The notes beneath the pieces are model-generated. The model was not told the DNA's origin. It searched no databases and was given only the letters and a program-made list of their open reading frames with translations. The translations under genes were made by a program, and so were the position numbers. From Bispira polyomma (lineage: Eukaryota), in NCBI GenBank assembly GCA_965649765.1, contig OZ287753.1:70246001-70310000 (forward strand): 64,000 nucleotides of DNA, read 5' to 3'. Below are positions 51,598-63,990 of the stretch, in pieces. Each line of letters begins with the position of its first letter. Position 1 is the stretch's first letter.

Positions 51598-53009
51598 AAT
51601 ATAAGAGGCATTTTTGTATCAAATAATAGGAAAACCATAAATTTGGCAGATTGGAAAGTGTGTTATTTGGATACAAAGTAAGAGAAGTTCAGATAATAGA
51701 GGTTGTTTGTGTATTTAACATAAAATTCAGTTTTGTTTAGTTTTATAGCCTCTACCAAACGAAGTTATGTTTGTTTGTTTAAGGCCTCATAAAGTAGAAT
51801 TTTTATGGTCCCTTCAGATTCGACTTAGAGGGTCCCACAGTACATATATGGCCCTGTAGTTATATTATCCAAACATTACAAGCTCAACTTGGGCAGTCTT
51901 AAGTATACATATCTCTGACCAGAGTCAAGGTACATGCAATCTGACTACAAATTTGAATTCAGCACTGAAGACTCTATTGAAATGAATGCTTACATGTACA
52001 AGTTTTTTTCCATGTTTACAATGAATGAGAGATAATCATTCATTTGAGTTGAATGAATCTTAGTTGAGCTTGAATTACTTTGAAGAATACGGAGCCCTGG
52101 AGTTCTGACAATTTATTCAGATAGAGTTGAAATACATATTAATATTATGTTACACCCAGGGTGTATAGGTTAGAATTACAAGATACTGTTTCTTTTAAGG
52201 ATATCAATTATTAAATAAATATGTGTCAGTTCAGTGCAATATGATATTTTTTTTTTTTTACTAACAACTTGGTGATGTAAACAGATATCAGGGCATCAAC
52301 CTCATTTTACAACATTTTATTATCAGCATTGGGTGACAAATACTCCAGTTGAAGTGCATTACAGTTGACAAATGCCTTTGTATTTCTAAAGCACTTTACA
52401 TTTCTCCTTTTTTTTTCTCAATAACTCCCAAAAGAATTTTCAAACAGAGTAGTTTATTTCATTACCTCTGCCAAGGAGGTTATGTTTTCTCCCAGTTTTA
52501 TCGGTTAATTTGTTTGTTTCACTTATTGAACCAATTTACATAAAATTTTGGACATGCCCCAATATATAATCCATTAAATTTTGAGGGCTGCGGAAGATTT
52601 TTTTTTTAGTTGTCTGTGTTACGTCTGTTTTCCAAGAGACACACCACAAAGAACATTGTTGTTGTTTCAAGAGACATAAAAATGTCTATTATTCCTTGCA
52701 CAACTTAAAAAGATTATGGCCTTTTATGAGGTCGGGTAGTTTTGATTAAATAAACAGTCTCAAACTAGAAGGGCATTTAAGTCCTCAAATTTGTGTAACC
52801 CTGATGACAAACAAATAAATGAAGAATCAACACCTCAAATTTGGGTTTAAGCATTACTTGTTGTTTTGTTGTCATCAGGCAATATGCTTGAGTGGTCAGT
52901 CAAATAGCAAAGACAATCTTCCTGGAAGTCCAGTGGTCATATTTACAGAAAAAAAATCACTAAATAGTCAGTGTCACTGATTCTTAGCAAATAAACTAGA
53001 AGATGTATG

Positions 53010-53430
53010 CCCCGCAGTCCATAAAAAGTGAAAACATAGGCTTATGTCATACTTGAGTTTAAGGGGGAGTTTCAGTTTAAGACATCTATTTAGTATGGGT
53101 GGCTCAATACAGCCTCCTGTTTTTGAAAGAATCAGAGTTATATAGTTAGTGTCAATCATTCTTAGAAAATAGACATTTATAGTAGAGTGCCACACCTGCA
53201 AGAAGGTCTCGCAGTCCATGAAAAGTGAAAACATAGGCTTATTCCTTACTTGAGTTTAAGGGGGAGTTTCAGTTTGAGACATTTATTTAATATGAGTGGC
53301 TCAATACAGCCTCCTGTTTTAAGAAAGAATCAGAGTTGTACAGTTAGTGTCAATGATTCTTAGAAGAAAGACATTTATAGTAGAGCGCCACACCTGCAAG
53401 AAGGCTCCGCAGTCCATGAAAAGTGAAAAT
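53010..53430. repeat. Tandem duplication, ~200 bp unit, two copies plus a partial
   Basis: cgcagtccat(a/g)aaaagtgaaaa at ~53013, 53210 and 53409. Confidence 0.9.
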
Positions 53431-53819
53431 ATTGAGTTATTTTGTACTTGTAAATGGTAATGTCCCAGACTATATAATTCATCTCTATGCTGGAATTTTC
53501 GAAACCACCAAGAAGAATAAGATCAGGTGGGAAAACATTTGTGCTCCTCCTCAAAATTATAGGCGATCGAGTCTTTCATGTTATTGCTCCTTAATATTAA
53601 AACAGCCCTCCAGATGAAGTAAGGAACGAGGTTTAAGCATGCAAGACTTTCAGAACGAGCCAAAAAACACACACTTTTTAAAAATTGTATACATATCAGA
53701 GCACCGCATTGCTTAACCAGATAGTGATTAGATATGCACTTTATAAGAACTAGTTAATATTATTATTGTAACTTGAGTTTAAAAAAATATGGCACCCTTT
53801 TATTTATTCTTTTCTACAG

Positions 53820-54042
53820 TAAAACTCACGCCTGATCAGGAAGAGAAGCGTAGGGAGCTGGAAACGAAAGCCAAGGAAGAGCAAACACTGAAGACGTTTC
53901 TGAGATTACTGAGCGCAGATACCAACAACAAACAGGCAGAAGATGAGGATGACTTGAAGAGATCAAAGAGATACGCATCACACTCCATCACTACCTTCCA
54001 TGTGGAAATGCTCTTCATTGTGGATTACAGTGTGTACATATT
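53820..54042 (+). CDS. M12B protease exon 5: end of prodomain, furin site RSKR, start of catalytic domain (YASHSITTFHVEMLFIVDYSVYI)
   Basis: tttctacag acceptor, gtaagt donor, phase 1 to 2; the VExxxxxD motif opens reprolysin domains. Confidence 0.92.
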
Positions 54043-54788
54043 GTAAGTTGGACCATGCAATCAATTGTACTTTAGTCCTATAAAAGTCTAACCTGTTACT
54101 ATATGAGCTAAAAGGCCAAGGCCCCTTAATAGCCCATACAAACGCACCTCAAAACAAATCTGTATCAACCTACTTTTCTGCCTTAACATTTTGTCTGCTG
54201 GTTACGACTGAACTCTGATCACAAACATTTTCTCCTATCGGACTTAATTCTTTTCTATATTGACTAGGATGTGTGTCACAGAGAATGCCTGGTCATCGAT
54301 TGTGGAGCTGTAGAAGTAAAAGCATTAACATTAACATTATATGTGATTGTGGAGCTATAGAAGTCAAAGCATTACCATTAACATTATATGCTAGATGTAT
54401 TGATTTTTCTGATTGATCTTTTAAAGCATGCTTGTACAAGTATTCTTTTCACATCTACAGTGTACACATATTCCCTGTATAGTAACAGGTGCTTGGGGAT
54501 ATAGAGGACTTGGGTTCCGTACTAACTGAATCTAACTGGATCTAACTGGGACCATATTCACAAATATAATTGTAGAACTGCCATTCTTAGAACTTACTTA
54601 GTTTCAGCCAATCATTTGACTTAAGACAGTTTGACCCGCCCCGAATCAAAATCTTTGATATAAAAATGCTTAGCGTTTTCTTAATGGAGCCAGTCACAGA
54701 TTAATTCTGACAAATTTAACTAGCCAATTAAATTTCTTGATACAAATTTTTTTTGTGAATTACCAACCATGTTTGTGTATTTTTTCAG

Positions 54789-54867
54789 CTGGATGAATCA
54801 ACACAACAATGATGCAGCTGAAGTTCATGAGGCTCTGGTACACTACTACGCAAACCTCTTTAATGGG
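54789..54867 (+). CDS. M12B protease exon 6 (WMNQHNNDAAEVHEALVHYYANLFNG)
   Basis: tttttcag acceptor, ggg|gtatgt donor, phase 2 to 0. Confidence 0.85.
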
Positions 54868-55169
54868 GTATGTAACCTGTAGATCACTCTGACACTTTTC
54901 ACAACATGGCGTATTCGGTTTGATACAATATATATAAAATACAACATTACTCACTCCAGATATATTTAGTAATTGTGTAATGATATTTCTATTGAATACT
55001 TATAGAAGTTGACTGTCAGCATTTTTGGACAAAGTTCCCTCTGATAAAAGCCCCCTTTAGCCCTTTCGATTCCTTGGTTGTTGTATAGCAGTCGACGACA
55101 TTTCTCACTCCCAGAACCTAATGTCTGTCAGCAAAGAGTCGACACCTTTAAATATTATGTTATTTACAT

Positions 55170-55715
55170 CCAGTTCTTTAAGAAATGCATATATTACTGT
55201 CTACAAACTAACACATTTATATCACATATTTGTGGAAGCACTTGATAAGAAAAAGGACATTTAGATGGTGTTTTATTAACATGTCTAAAGTATTCAATAA
55301 AGTCTGGCTTAAAGGATTGGCTTTTAAACTTTAAAAAATTGGCATTTTTGATCCACCTTTAAAATGGTTTAAAAATCTTTTACAAATGAAACATTGAATA
55401 GTTATTAGTGGTAGACAAAATGGTGGGTTTTCCACAGGGCTTGGTTCTGGGACCGCTATTATTTTTGATATACCCTAAACTCTCTCTGAATAGCCCTTGT
55501 GCTTTTAACTTAAATTTAAGGAAATGTAGGGAATGGGCTCTAAAGAGAATGCGGATTTTCTATTTATAATTTTAATAGTATTTTTAGGAAACTAGGGGTG
55601 TGCTCTTATGAAAGCATGGGCTATTCAGAGGGAATTTATGGGGTATATCAATTACATAACGGAGGTGGTCAGCAATGAAGAGTGTGTTTATTTGCCGATG
55701 ATGCTATGGTTTTTG
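55170..55715 (+). mobile_element. Decayed CR1-like RT fragment interrupted by a MITE and a SINE
   Basis: MSKVFNKVW..GL..KL, GFPQGLVLGPLLFLIY, FADD remnants. Confidence 0.65.
55473..55643. mobile_element. TA-flanked Tc1/mariner-type MITE
   Basis: ccctaaactctctctgaatagccc...gggctattcagagggaatttatgggg; splits the RT between LIY and IN. Confidence 0.7.
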
Positions 55716-55718
55716 ATA

Positions 55719-55876
55719 GGTCCTCAGTGGCCGAGTGGTTAGCAAGTTTGGCATCTAATCACAGGCTGTCACCTCTGTGTGGGTTCGCCTCCCACAAGTG
55801 ACAAATGCTGTGGGTCTGTCCCAATATGACCCTGGCTGTTGAACGGGACGTTAAACCCTAAACTTTGACTTTGGTT
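55719..55876 (+). mobile_element. tRNA-derived SINE (short family)
   Basis: tggccgagtgg A-box, ggttcgcctcc B-box, tail gtcccaatatgacc...ggacgttaaa shared with the 58366 family; ggtttttg repeated on both flanks. Confidence 0.8.
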
Positions 55877-55953
55877 AGGGTTTTTGTCATAGCAGATAAT
55901 GCTACTAACAGGAACTTGGCTTTAAGTAATTTTTACTTTTTTTACTTCAACAG

Positions 55954-56037
55954 ATCCATATGTCCTACAGGAGGATTGACCATGCTGAACATAACATAGC
56001 AATCATCCTTTGGCTAGTGAAGCTACACGTCATCACG
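55954..56037 (+). CDS. M12B protease exon 7 (IHMSYRRIDHAEHNIAIILWLVKLHVIT)
   Basis: cttcaacag acceptor, acg|gtgagc donor, 84 nt, phase 0-0. Confidence 0.85.
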
Positions 56038-56588
56038 GTGAGCTCACATAAGCTGTGTTCTAATGCAAATATCAACACCCCATCATCTACCACCCACAGG
56101 GCACAGCAAGTACTGGGCACCAAACATAAAATACAGTCTACTTTTTTTTTTTTTCTTGTTTTAATTTTGAAACTACAACTTTTCTTTTTTCTGGAACACA
56201 CAAAGTATATGTAGTTCATGCAAACAAATATTCATGCTATGTAAGATGGCGTTGTGTAAAAGTCAGGTTGGCTACCCTAATGCTTTCCCAAGCCTCATTA
56301 CAGACATATATTGATGGAAAATAATAAAGACATTTGCACAGAAAATATTTGGCCATATTGAAAACAATATTCAAAACAGATATACTTTTCTTATGTGGCA
56401 ATAATTTCAAGATTTGAACACAGATTTGGGCCTAGTTTGAGGTGTTAACAAGCATCCCTAATAAATGTAGAACTGGTTAACTATGCTTTTGTAAGAACTT
56501 CCTTGTAACTTTTAGTTGTCCTTTTTCCAGGACATTGTGACTTTGCTGCAAAAATCTTGGTCCAGGGGAAATTGTTCTCTCTTTTTAG

Positions 56589-56731
56589 AATGCTAGTAAT
56601 GAAGTGGCTGTACCTAAGGAGAAGTACCAGGGGCAAGCTGAAGAAGATGAAGTGTTTGACAACATAAAGGACTTCCAGATTGAACATCATTACAATTGGA
56701 CCTATCCAGATCATATCATGCTGTGGACAAA
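56589..56731 (+). CDS. M12B protease exon 8 (NASNEVAVPKEK...WTYPDHIMLWTK)
   Basis: ctctctttttag acceptor, aa|gtgggt donor; DHxMLxT motif; phase 0 to 2. Confidence 0.85.
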
Positions 56732-56749
56732 GTGGGTATTGTTTTCAGG

Positions 56750-57162
56750 AACTTTTCTATTTTAATTCTTTTGCCTGTTCTCAGCTATTGCGACCAAGTT
56801 AAATTCATGCAAAAAATAATCTAATCTTCCAGTCAACGGCCATTTTTAACTTCTTTTGTGTAACTTTTTTTTACCTGTTAAGTGTGATCTTAAATAAACA
56901 ATATGTAGTTGTATGTTTTATGACCAAGTGATTAGTGGGAGTATTCCCTGTAAGAAAACTTTTCTATTTTAATTTTTTTTGCATGTCCTCAGCTATGGCG
57001 ACCAACTTAAATACATGCAAAAAATAACCTAATCTTCCAGTCAGTGGCCATTTTTAACTTCTTTGGTGTAACTTTTTCTTACCGGTTAAGTATGATCTTA
57101 AATAAAGAATATGTAGTTGTTTGTTTTATGACCTAGTAATTAGTGGAAGTATTCCTTGTAAG
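56750..57162. repeat. Tandem duplication, ~208 bp unit, two copies, intronic
   Basis: aacttttctattttaatt...gtattcc(c/t)tgtaagaaa repeated twice. Confidence 0.9.
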
Positions 57163-57375
57163 AAAGTCACAGGTTCATTTGAGATATATAACCATTGGGG
57201 TTAGATATGAACACAGCCTAGGCTCTAATCACGAAACTTTTTCTCCTATCGAATTATTCTATTGCACACTGATTGGGATGCGTGCCACAGAGGATGCCTG
57301 GTCATCGATTGATTGTGTAATGCTGTAGAAGCCAAAACATTGACATTACTACCTTTTGATGTACCTTTTTTTTAG

Positions 57376-57540
57376 ATCTGACCTTGGTGCTGACTATGAT
57401 GAAGATGAACGTCGGCTAACGGCTGACCTTCTCGGGGTAGCCTATATGTGTAAAGTGTGTCATCCAGGTTTGGCTCTCTCCCAGAATGAGGACAACGGGT
57501 TCTTCTCCTGGGCGACAGGAGCTCACGAACTGGGACATAA
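57376..57540 (+). CDS. M12B protease exon 9 (…LLGVAYMCKVC…ATGAHELGH)
   Basis: Poly-T tag acceptor, aa|gtaaga donor; GxAY...C and HELGH. Confidence 0.95.
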
Positions 57541-58365
57541 GTAAGAGAGATAGATACACAGTTCAAACCTCGATTATCAACCCATATGATGGGTATAAGT
57601 GATAATTACTGTCAGGATAGTACAATGTTTATAAAACAGAAAAGGCTTTTTAATTTAAAAAAAACACACTGAAAAGTAAACAAATTTTGAGTGGAAATGA
57701 GTTTATAAAATTAAATATTTAGATAATAGAAGTATAGTTAATGTAGATTCTACTGTAGCTATCATTTCTGTTAGTATATTTACATAGACTATAAATTTCA
57801 GATCAAATTGTAGAAATGAAATGAACATTGAAGATTTTGAAATCCGAGTGTATCACCATAGCAACCGAGCAAAACCTGAGTCAGAGTTACAGGTTGTTGT
57901 TTTTTGAGAATACGGCTGCATAAGTTCTATGCAACTTTTGTATCATGCGATTTAATCACATACGATTAGCTGCATCAGAGTTAACAATTATAATCTTTTG
58001 ATGTGCTGCTTGAATACAGAGAGCGGCAAATAAAATGTGTGGTTTCGACCGTGAATATGTGCTATATGTAAACTGTAGTATTTACTGATCAATATTACTA
58101 TCTTAAAGGTTTTATTGTACAGTTAAATTTAAATTTATTATTTTAACATTTATTTACCGAACTAAATTAGGTAAACATGACATAAAATAGAAACCTTAAG
58201 TATTGGATTTTTAGTACTGTCTAAATATGTGTTTAAGTTAATTCTTTTAAGGTACCAACTCTATACCTTTTTCAGATGAGGTGCATTGTGACGTCATAAT
58301 GGAAAGTTTTAAAAAGTAAACGAAAAGTTGAATTTTTTAACTTTTTTGTATTAAAGTTTGTAATG

Positions 58366-58614
58366 GGGCCACAGTGGCCTAGTGGTTAGCAAGCATTGCG
58401 CTTCACAATCACTGGTCTCTCACCTCTGGGTGGTGTGAGTTCGAATGCCTATGTGGGAAAGGTGGTAGTTCCTTACTGTGGGCCGCTGGTTTCTCTGCAG
58501 AACCTTGACCAACTGTATGCAGTGTTTCCTCCAGCGTTTCCAACTACCCGTCCCAATATAACCTACTAAAAGGTACTAGAGTGGACGTTAAATATCCAAA
58601 TTCAAAAAATTCAA
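58366..58614 (+). mobile_element. tRNA-derived SINE with a perfect 16 bp TSD
   Basis: attaaagtttgtaatg at 58350-58365 and 58615-58630; A-box tggcctagtgg; gagttcgaat B-box remnant. Confidence 0.9.
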
Positions 58615-58737
58615 ATTAAAGTTTGTAATGAAAGTGGGATATAATAAAAGTAAAACTACCCTGGCCTTGTGTGAGGGATGCTGTTTTAACAAAAGAATAA
58701 TGACTCGAGAGGATAAAAACTCTTTGTGTGTTGACAG

Positions 58738-58859
58738 TTTGGGCAGTAACCACGATGGGACAGGTGGCAATTCCTGCCCTTCAAATGACATCTACCTCAT
58801 GTACATCTCCGATTACACACTGGACGGGGACATTGTGAAAACTGCATTTGAATTTTCTG
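58738..58859 (+). CDS. M12B protease exon 10 (NLGSNHDG...CPSNDIYLMY...AFEFS)
   Basis: Completes HELGHNLGSNHD (HExxHxxGxxHD) and the Met-turn; ttgacag acceptor, g|gtcagt donor. Confidence 0.93.
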
Positions 58860-59569
58860 GTCAGTAGAACTGCTCCCATTTGTGTACAAGACACCATTTT
58901 ATTTATGAAGCGATGAAACTAAAAGAACATAATATATGTTTCCTTATATAATAAGCCAATTTAGCATGTATAAGTCGCTGTGTGTGCTTCGGTTTAAGGA
59001 TAAACAAAACTCCTGAATGTTAACTAAAACAGATCACATATTTACATTTTGTGAAATTAATTGTTATAACGTACAATTATTGTAAAAAATCAAGAAGATC
59101 TCATCATAACCTTTTTGTGGACACAAAGATTGCCTATATACTGGAGCTTTATAGTAATTATTTCAATTTATTTTGAAATCTCAAGTGAAAGGAAGTTACC
59201 AATATTTTGCGAGATTTGGAAATAATCTGTCGTTGTCGGTCACGCGTGCTATATATTTATCCCGAGTTGGAGATGTCTACTCAAAAAACTGAATTGGCTT
59301 TTCCTTAAAGAGCCCACGGTGGCATAGTGGACTATCTGACCAATGTGGGTGCGAATACTGTTCTGTTCGTTTTGTGGTACCTTGAATTTTTTTCAATCGC
59401 TTCAGACAAACGGATGCATACAATTTACAAAAAGAAACTTCACATGCAGCAAGTTAAGATGATTATAGTTAAAGTACAGTATGTATCCTTATCCTGCCTG
59501 ACATAGTCTTAACATCACTGACTCCCTCTCTGGTAATGATCCTTTTTTTTCAGCCACCACAACATTATT

Positions 59570-59648
59570 ACTTAGGTTAGTTGCGCCTTAGAATTTGTTG
59601 TACGAAGACTAAGCGCTATAAAAGTACGATTAGATTAGATTAGATTAC
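59570..59648 (+). mobile_element. Short 3'-end copy of the (ATTAG)n-tailed L2 family
   Basis: ttgcgccttagaatttgttgtacgaagactaagcgctataaaagtacgattagattagattagatta. Confidence 0.75.
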
Positions 59649-59896
59649 TGAGTAACTATTCTTTTTTTTCCCGCCTTAGAATTTACCAGTGCAGAGATTA
59701 AGCGTCATTACGGAATTGATTAGAATACATTACCATCCCAACTTCTGTTTTCTCAATATTCATTTTGTGAACAAAATTATATTTTCCTCTCGTTATCTTC
59801 TCAAAAAGCCTTTCTATTTGATTCATGTTCTATTATACGAACAGGCTTTTCACTCTCCCGAAGTCTTTGGTTGAAGTTGTAAAAGGTGATCCTTTA

Positions 59897-62800
59897 AGCC
59901 CCGGTCACACTGAGCACGTTCTTGTTTACATTCGTTTCGGTTTGGGTTTTTACAAAAAAAATCAATCTATGGACCATTTTGTACACGTTCCCTTCCTTGT
60001 ACACACATTCCTTGTACACACATTCAACATGTTTTTATAGTCGTTTCAATTACGTTTGTATTGTTAGCCACATTTCTAAATATGTTCGCCACGTTTTTAA
60101 ATACGTTTCATTCTCTTTCGTCACCCTCGTTTTAAATAGATTGCATTCACTTCATCCACATTTTTCATGTTTCTGGTTATTATTTGGATGTATAGTACAT
60201 CTTACTGTCATCCTTTAAGTTATATACGCATTGAAGACATGTCTAATCTAATCTAATCAATCTAATCTAGTTATACTTTTATAGCGCCTAATCTTTGTAC
60301 AACAAATTCTAAGGCGCAACAAACCCAAAACATTAATCGAAAATCAAAAAATAGTGGGCAGATAGAAGTGGTAACCAGGAAGACTACCGGAATGGTTGCG
60401 ACGACTAAGGTGGAAAAGTCTGTTTAAAAAGGTAGGCCTTCAGCTTACTCCTAAAAGAGGAGAAAGTTTGTGCAAGGCGAACATGATCAGGTAGGCTGTT
60501 CCAAATGAGGGGGCCATCATGAGCTAGGCAGGGATTAAACTGAACTTTGGATTTGTGGATGCGAGGGTCGAAAGTGGGAATGTTAAGGTTGAATTTATCA
60601 GGGTTACTGCACCTTGTTCTGACTGAGCATGTATATTTGGATAGATGGGGGCTGAAATAAGTGGGTAATCTAGAATTTAGAAATTTATGTATAATTGTTG
60701 CTGTGTTGAAAGCAACACAATATTTTATTGGGAGCCAGTGCAGTGACTTGAGTACAGGAGTAATGTGGGAAAATTTGGAAGTTTTGGTCACAATACATGC
60801 CAGTGAGTGTTGGATATTCTGAAGGCGTCTGAGATCACTACGAGATAAGGAACGGAACAGAGAGTTGCAGTAATCAAGCCTACTGCTGACCAAAGCATTG
60901 GCAACAGTAATTGCAGTGGATTTGGAAAGATAGCGTAGAATCCGCCAGAAATCACAGAGGCAAACAAAACATGATCTACACACCGATGCGACATGGTTAG
61001 AGAAGGAGAATTCAGAGTCAAACACCACACCCAAGTTGCGTACTTTGTCAGCTGGAAAAAACCCTGTGCCAAGGATATCAAGTGGGAAACAGCTGGACAG
61101 TTTTTCCCGTTGCGACTTCGAGCCGAACAAAATAAACTCAGTCTTCTCAGGGTTCAGCTTGAGTTTGTTTGCTGCCATCCAGTGTTGTACATCGACAAGG
61201 CAGTTCTGTAAGGAAGTGAAAGCTGCCTGGGCAGAGTTAGATGTAAGGTGGATGTACAGTTGGGTATCATCAGCATAGAAGTGAAAGTTTATGTTTTTGT
61301 ATGCAGCAATAATCTTGCTAAGTGGAGTGGTGTACATGGAAAACAATATAGGACCCAGGACTGAACCTTGGGGAACACCAAATTTTAGCCATGTTGGGTC
61401 GGATAAGATATTTCCAATATTGACCGATTGGAATCTATCAGACAAATATGCCGTGACCCACTTAAGTGCCATACCGTTGATACCAAACCAAGACGATAGA
61501 CACTCAAGAAAAACTTTGTGATCAAAGGCTGCTAATAGATCCAGCAGTACTAAGGCAGTAGGCATACCCTTAGATAAAGATGTATAAACATCATTTTTGA
61601 TGCAGAGTAGTGCAGTCTCAGTAGAATGACCACTTTTGTACGCTGACTGATACTTATTGGATAGATTGCTGAGTTCAAGATGTTGTTTGATCTGTAAGGC
61701 AACCGTGCATTCAACCAACTTAGGAATAAAGCAAAGGCCTGAGACAGGACGGTAATTTTTCAAGTCAGCCTTTGGAAGAGAAGGTTTTTTTTATTAAAGG
61801 AGTAACAATGGCCTTTTTAAAATCATTTAGAAAGACACCATTTACCAACGAGAGGTTGATAATTTTTGTGATTGAGGGCAATAAAATGTCAATACATTTC
61901 TTAACAAGGAATGTGGGCTAAGGATCTAACAAGCAGGATTTTATGGGTGATGCCAGCATAATTTTCCAGACTGCATCAACAGTTACTGTGGAAAAACAGT
62001 TGAAGAGGGTTGGTGGAGCTGTGGGTAAAGGGGCATTTGGGGTAGCTGATATAAAACCGTCACAGATTCTGGTAATTTTATCAGTGATACTAAAAATATT
62101 TGCCAGTGATTTGCTATTGCTATTTTTGGGTAGTATAGTCTGTTTTGTACGATGGAGGGTGCTATTTAATTTCTGCTAAAGTTTCTTCTGGTCACCCTCG
62201 CTTTGTGAGATCATGTTGGCATAGTAGGCACGTTTGGAGTCATTTATAGTGTTGTTGCACCGGGTGATGCATTGGCGTAGTCATTGGCGTAGATTTGTTC
62301 CTGCGCCATGTTTGTTCAGCCTGTCTGCGCAGCATCTTCATTTCACAATATGTACTGGTGAACCACTCTGGTGCAGGCTTCTTCAATGTCTTTGACTTAC
62401 ATGGCGCATGGCATTCTCTAAGAGACTGCAGGTCGCGATATCACCTGCCAGTAGGATTGTAATAAGTTTGAATGAACTAACCTTTTGTAGGTAATTGATT
62501 GGGCAAAATTTAGACGGGAATAACTGTGTGTTTGAAGAGACCAGAAGTGTTGGACCGGATGGCAGGACAAATTGTTTTCTTCCAGGTATATTGCATTACC
62601 AATATACCACATAGTCTGGAGTTGTTGCGGTAGTAGAACAGAAGGAGGGACAGGTACATGATGGCAGCCCTAATGACAAACATATTGTAAAGGGAGGAGT
62701 GAAATACAAGAATAACAAAGATAGATATATTGTGGTAATGGGCAGTGATAGGTAATTGCTTTTAGTACAAAAGGTGTACCAAACACAGAAGAAAAAACAA

Positions 62801-63345
62801 TAAAAAACAAAGGTAAATATATATAGTGATAATAGGGGATAATAGGTGATCGTTTTCAGTATAACCCAAACTAGGTTAACTAGGTAAATATATATAGTGG
62901 TTAGAGACTATAATAGGTGATTGTTTACTGTACAATATATATAGTGGTAATGGGCGATAATAGGAGATCGTTTTCAGTAGGACCCAAACTGCAGAAAAAA
63001 AGAAAGGTTGTACAAAGATTAAACATAAAATGACAAAAAGATTGTATGCTAACTTGTGAGGAATAATTACAAAAAGCCTAAACGTGGGTATAATAGATTA
63101 GATTATGTTGAATTTTCAAATTTCTGATGAGATGCCGCCACAACCGGAAGTCATATGTTTTCCGTGAACTAACCAGCCGTTTTAAAGGAGATCGTTGAAA
63201 ACAGGACTATATCACTCACGCATGCTTATGTTAACCAAAGCACACTACATCCACTATGCATATGTTTATGCTTCACCTTATGTTTGTTATTTTTGTAGCC
63301 ATTTTTTTAGCGTAGTCGAAAAATAAGGCCAGTGTGACCAGGGCT
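59897..63345. mobile_element. PIF/Harbinger-type non-autonomous element (TTA TSD) carrying a nested L2
   Basis: TTA-agccccggtcacactg...cagtgtgaccagggct-TTA. Confidence 0.8.
60242..63155 (-). mobile_element. L2-clade LINE with a 452 aa open RT/C-terminal frame, (ATTAG)n tail and internally deleted endonuclease
   Basis: ORF 60405-61763: NYRPVS, GVPQGSVLGP, FYADDTQLY, LDYCNSL, LHWLP; upstream pieces WFT...RRQAEQTWRR and SCLLDP; (ctaat)n at 60242-60270. 5' boundary approximate. Confidence 0.93.
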
Positions 63346-63719
63346 TTATTTTGAAATTCTATGGCTGCTTGGAGTTACATAGCAACTTTAACTGACATCA
63401 ACTATGAGTGAGGCTATAAAATATCAGGACGGCTGATATTTACTCTACTTCTCTGTTGCATATCGAATTTGTTGATTTATTCTATAACAACAATTCTAGA
63501 ACATTATCAGAATTGCTTTAGTCTAAAACTAACTGCAAACTTGTGTACAAAATAATAGGCATACCCTAATAAATAACAGTTATTGTTTTAAATACATCAA
63601 ACAAATCAATATCTCAAATTGGAAAGTTCGGTTCTACTCATACCTTGGTAATTACTTTTATTACAAAGTGCTCCCTTGGTGAGTCTATATAGGTTTTAGT
63701 TATAGCTACATGAGAATTT

Positions 63720-63990
63720 TGGAAAGGTTCGTTGCTATTGCCAAGGATCCCATATTAAAACTGAATCAATGATAAACAAGGTATATACTTACTATTATAT
63801 AGATTCCTTCTTGTTCCAAAATATCAGTTTAAAGTGCACAGGTCAAAGGTTCACTTTGATAAAAGTTTTGCCAATGATGCTCCTACCCTATGGAATAGTT
63901 TACCTCAACACATTAGGACAGCGCTGTCCCTGTATTCCTTCCAGCGCAGTTTAAAGACATATCTGTTGAATGATGCATTCCCCCATAGTC
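63720..63990 (+). mobile_element. L2-clade LINE 3' fragment
   Basis: FANDAPTLWNSLPQHIR...SFQRSLKTYLLNDAFP. Confidence 0.8.

Larger units (their letters stand above)
38782..58859 (+). other. Multi-exon gene for a secreted reprolysin-type (M12B, ADAM/ADAMTS-like) zinc metalloprotease; 10 exons, 451 codons traced, 3' end not found
   Basis: All ten exons join with consistent phases through GT-AG introns; signal peptide, prodomain, RSKR, VEMLFIVD, DHIMLWT, HELGHNLGSNHD, YLMY. Confidence 0.9.

Noticed and set aside
59406-59450. Possible next protease exon after ttcag (TNGCIQFTKRNFTCS in another frame)
   Set aside because: The required phase-1 reading (DKRMHTIYKK...) lacks the expected CS and reprolysin C-terminal pattern.
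313-63954. Most short ORFs in the supplied six-frame track
   Set aside because: Low-complexity AT-rich or antisense shadow frames without recognisable motifs or splice support.
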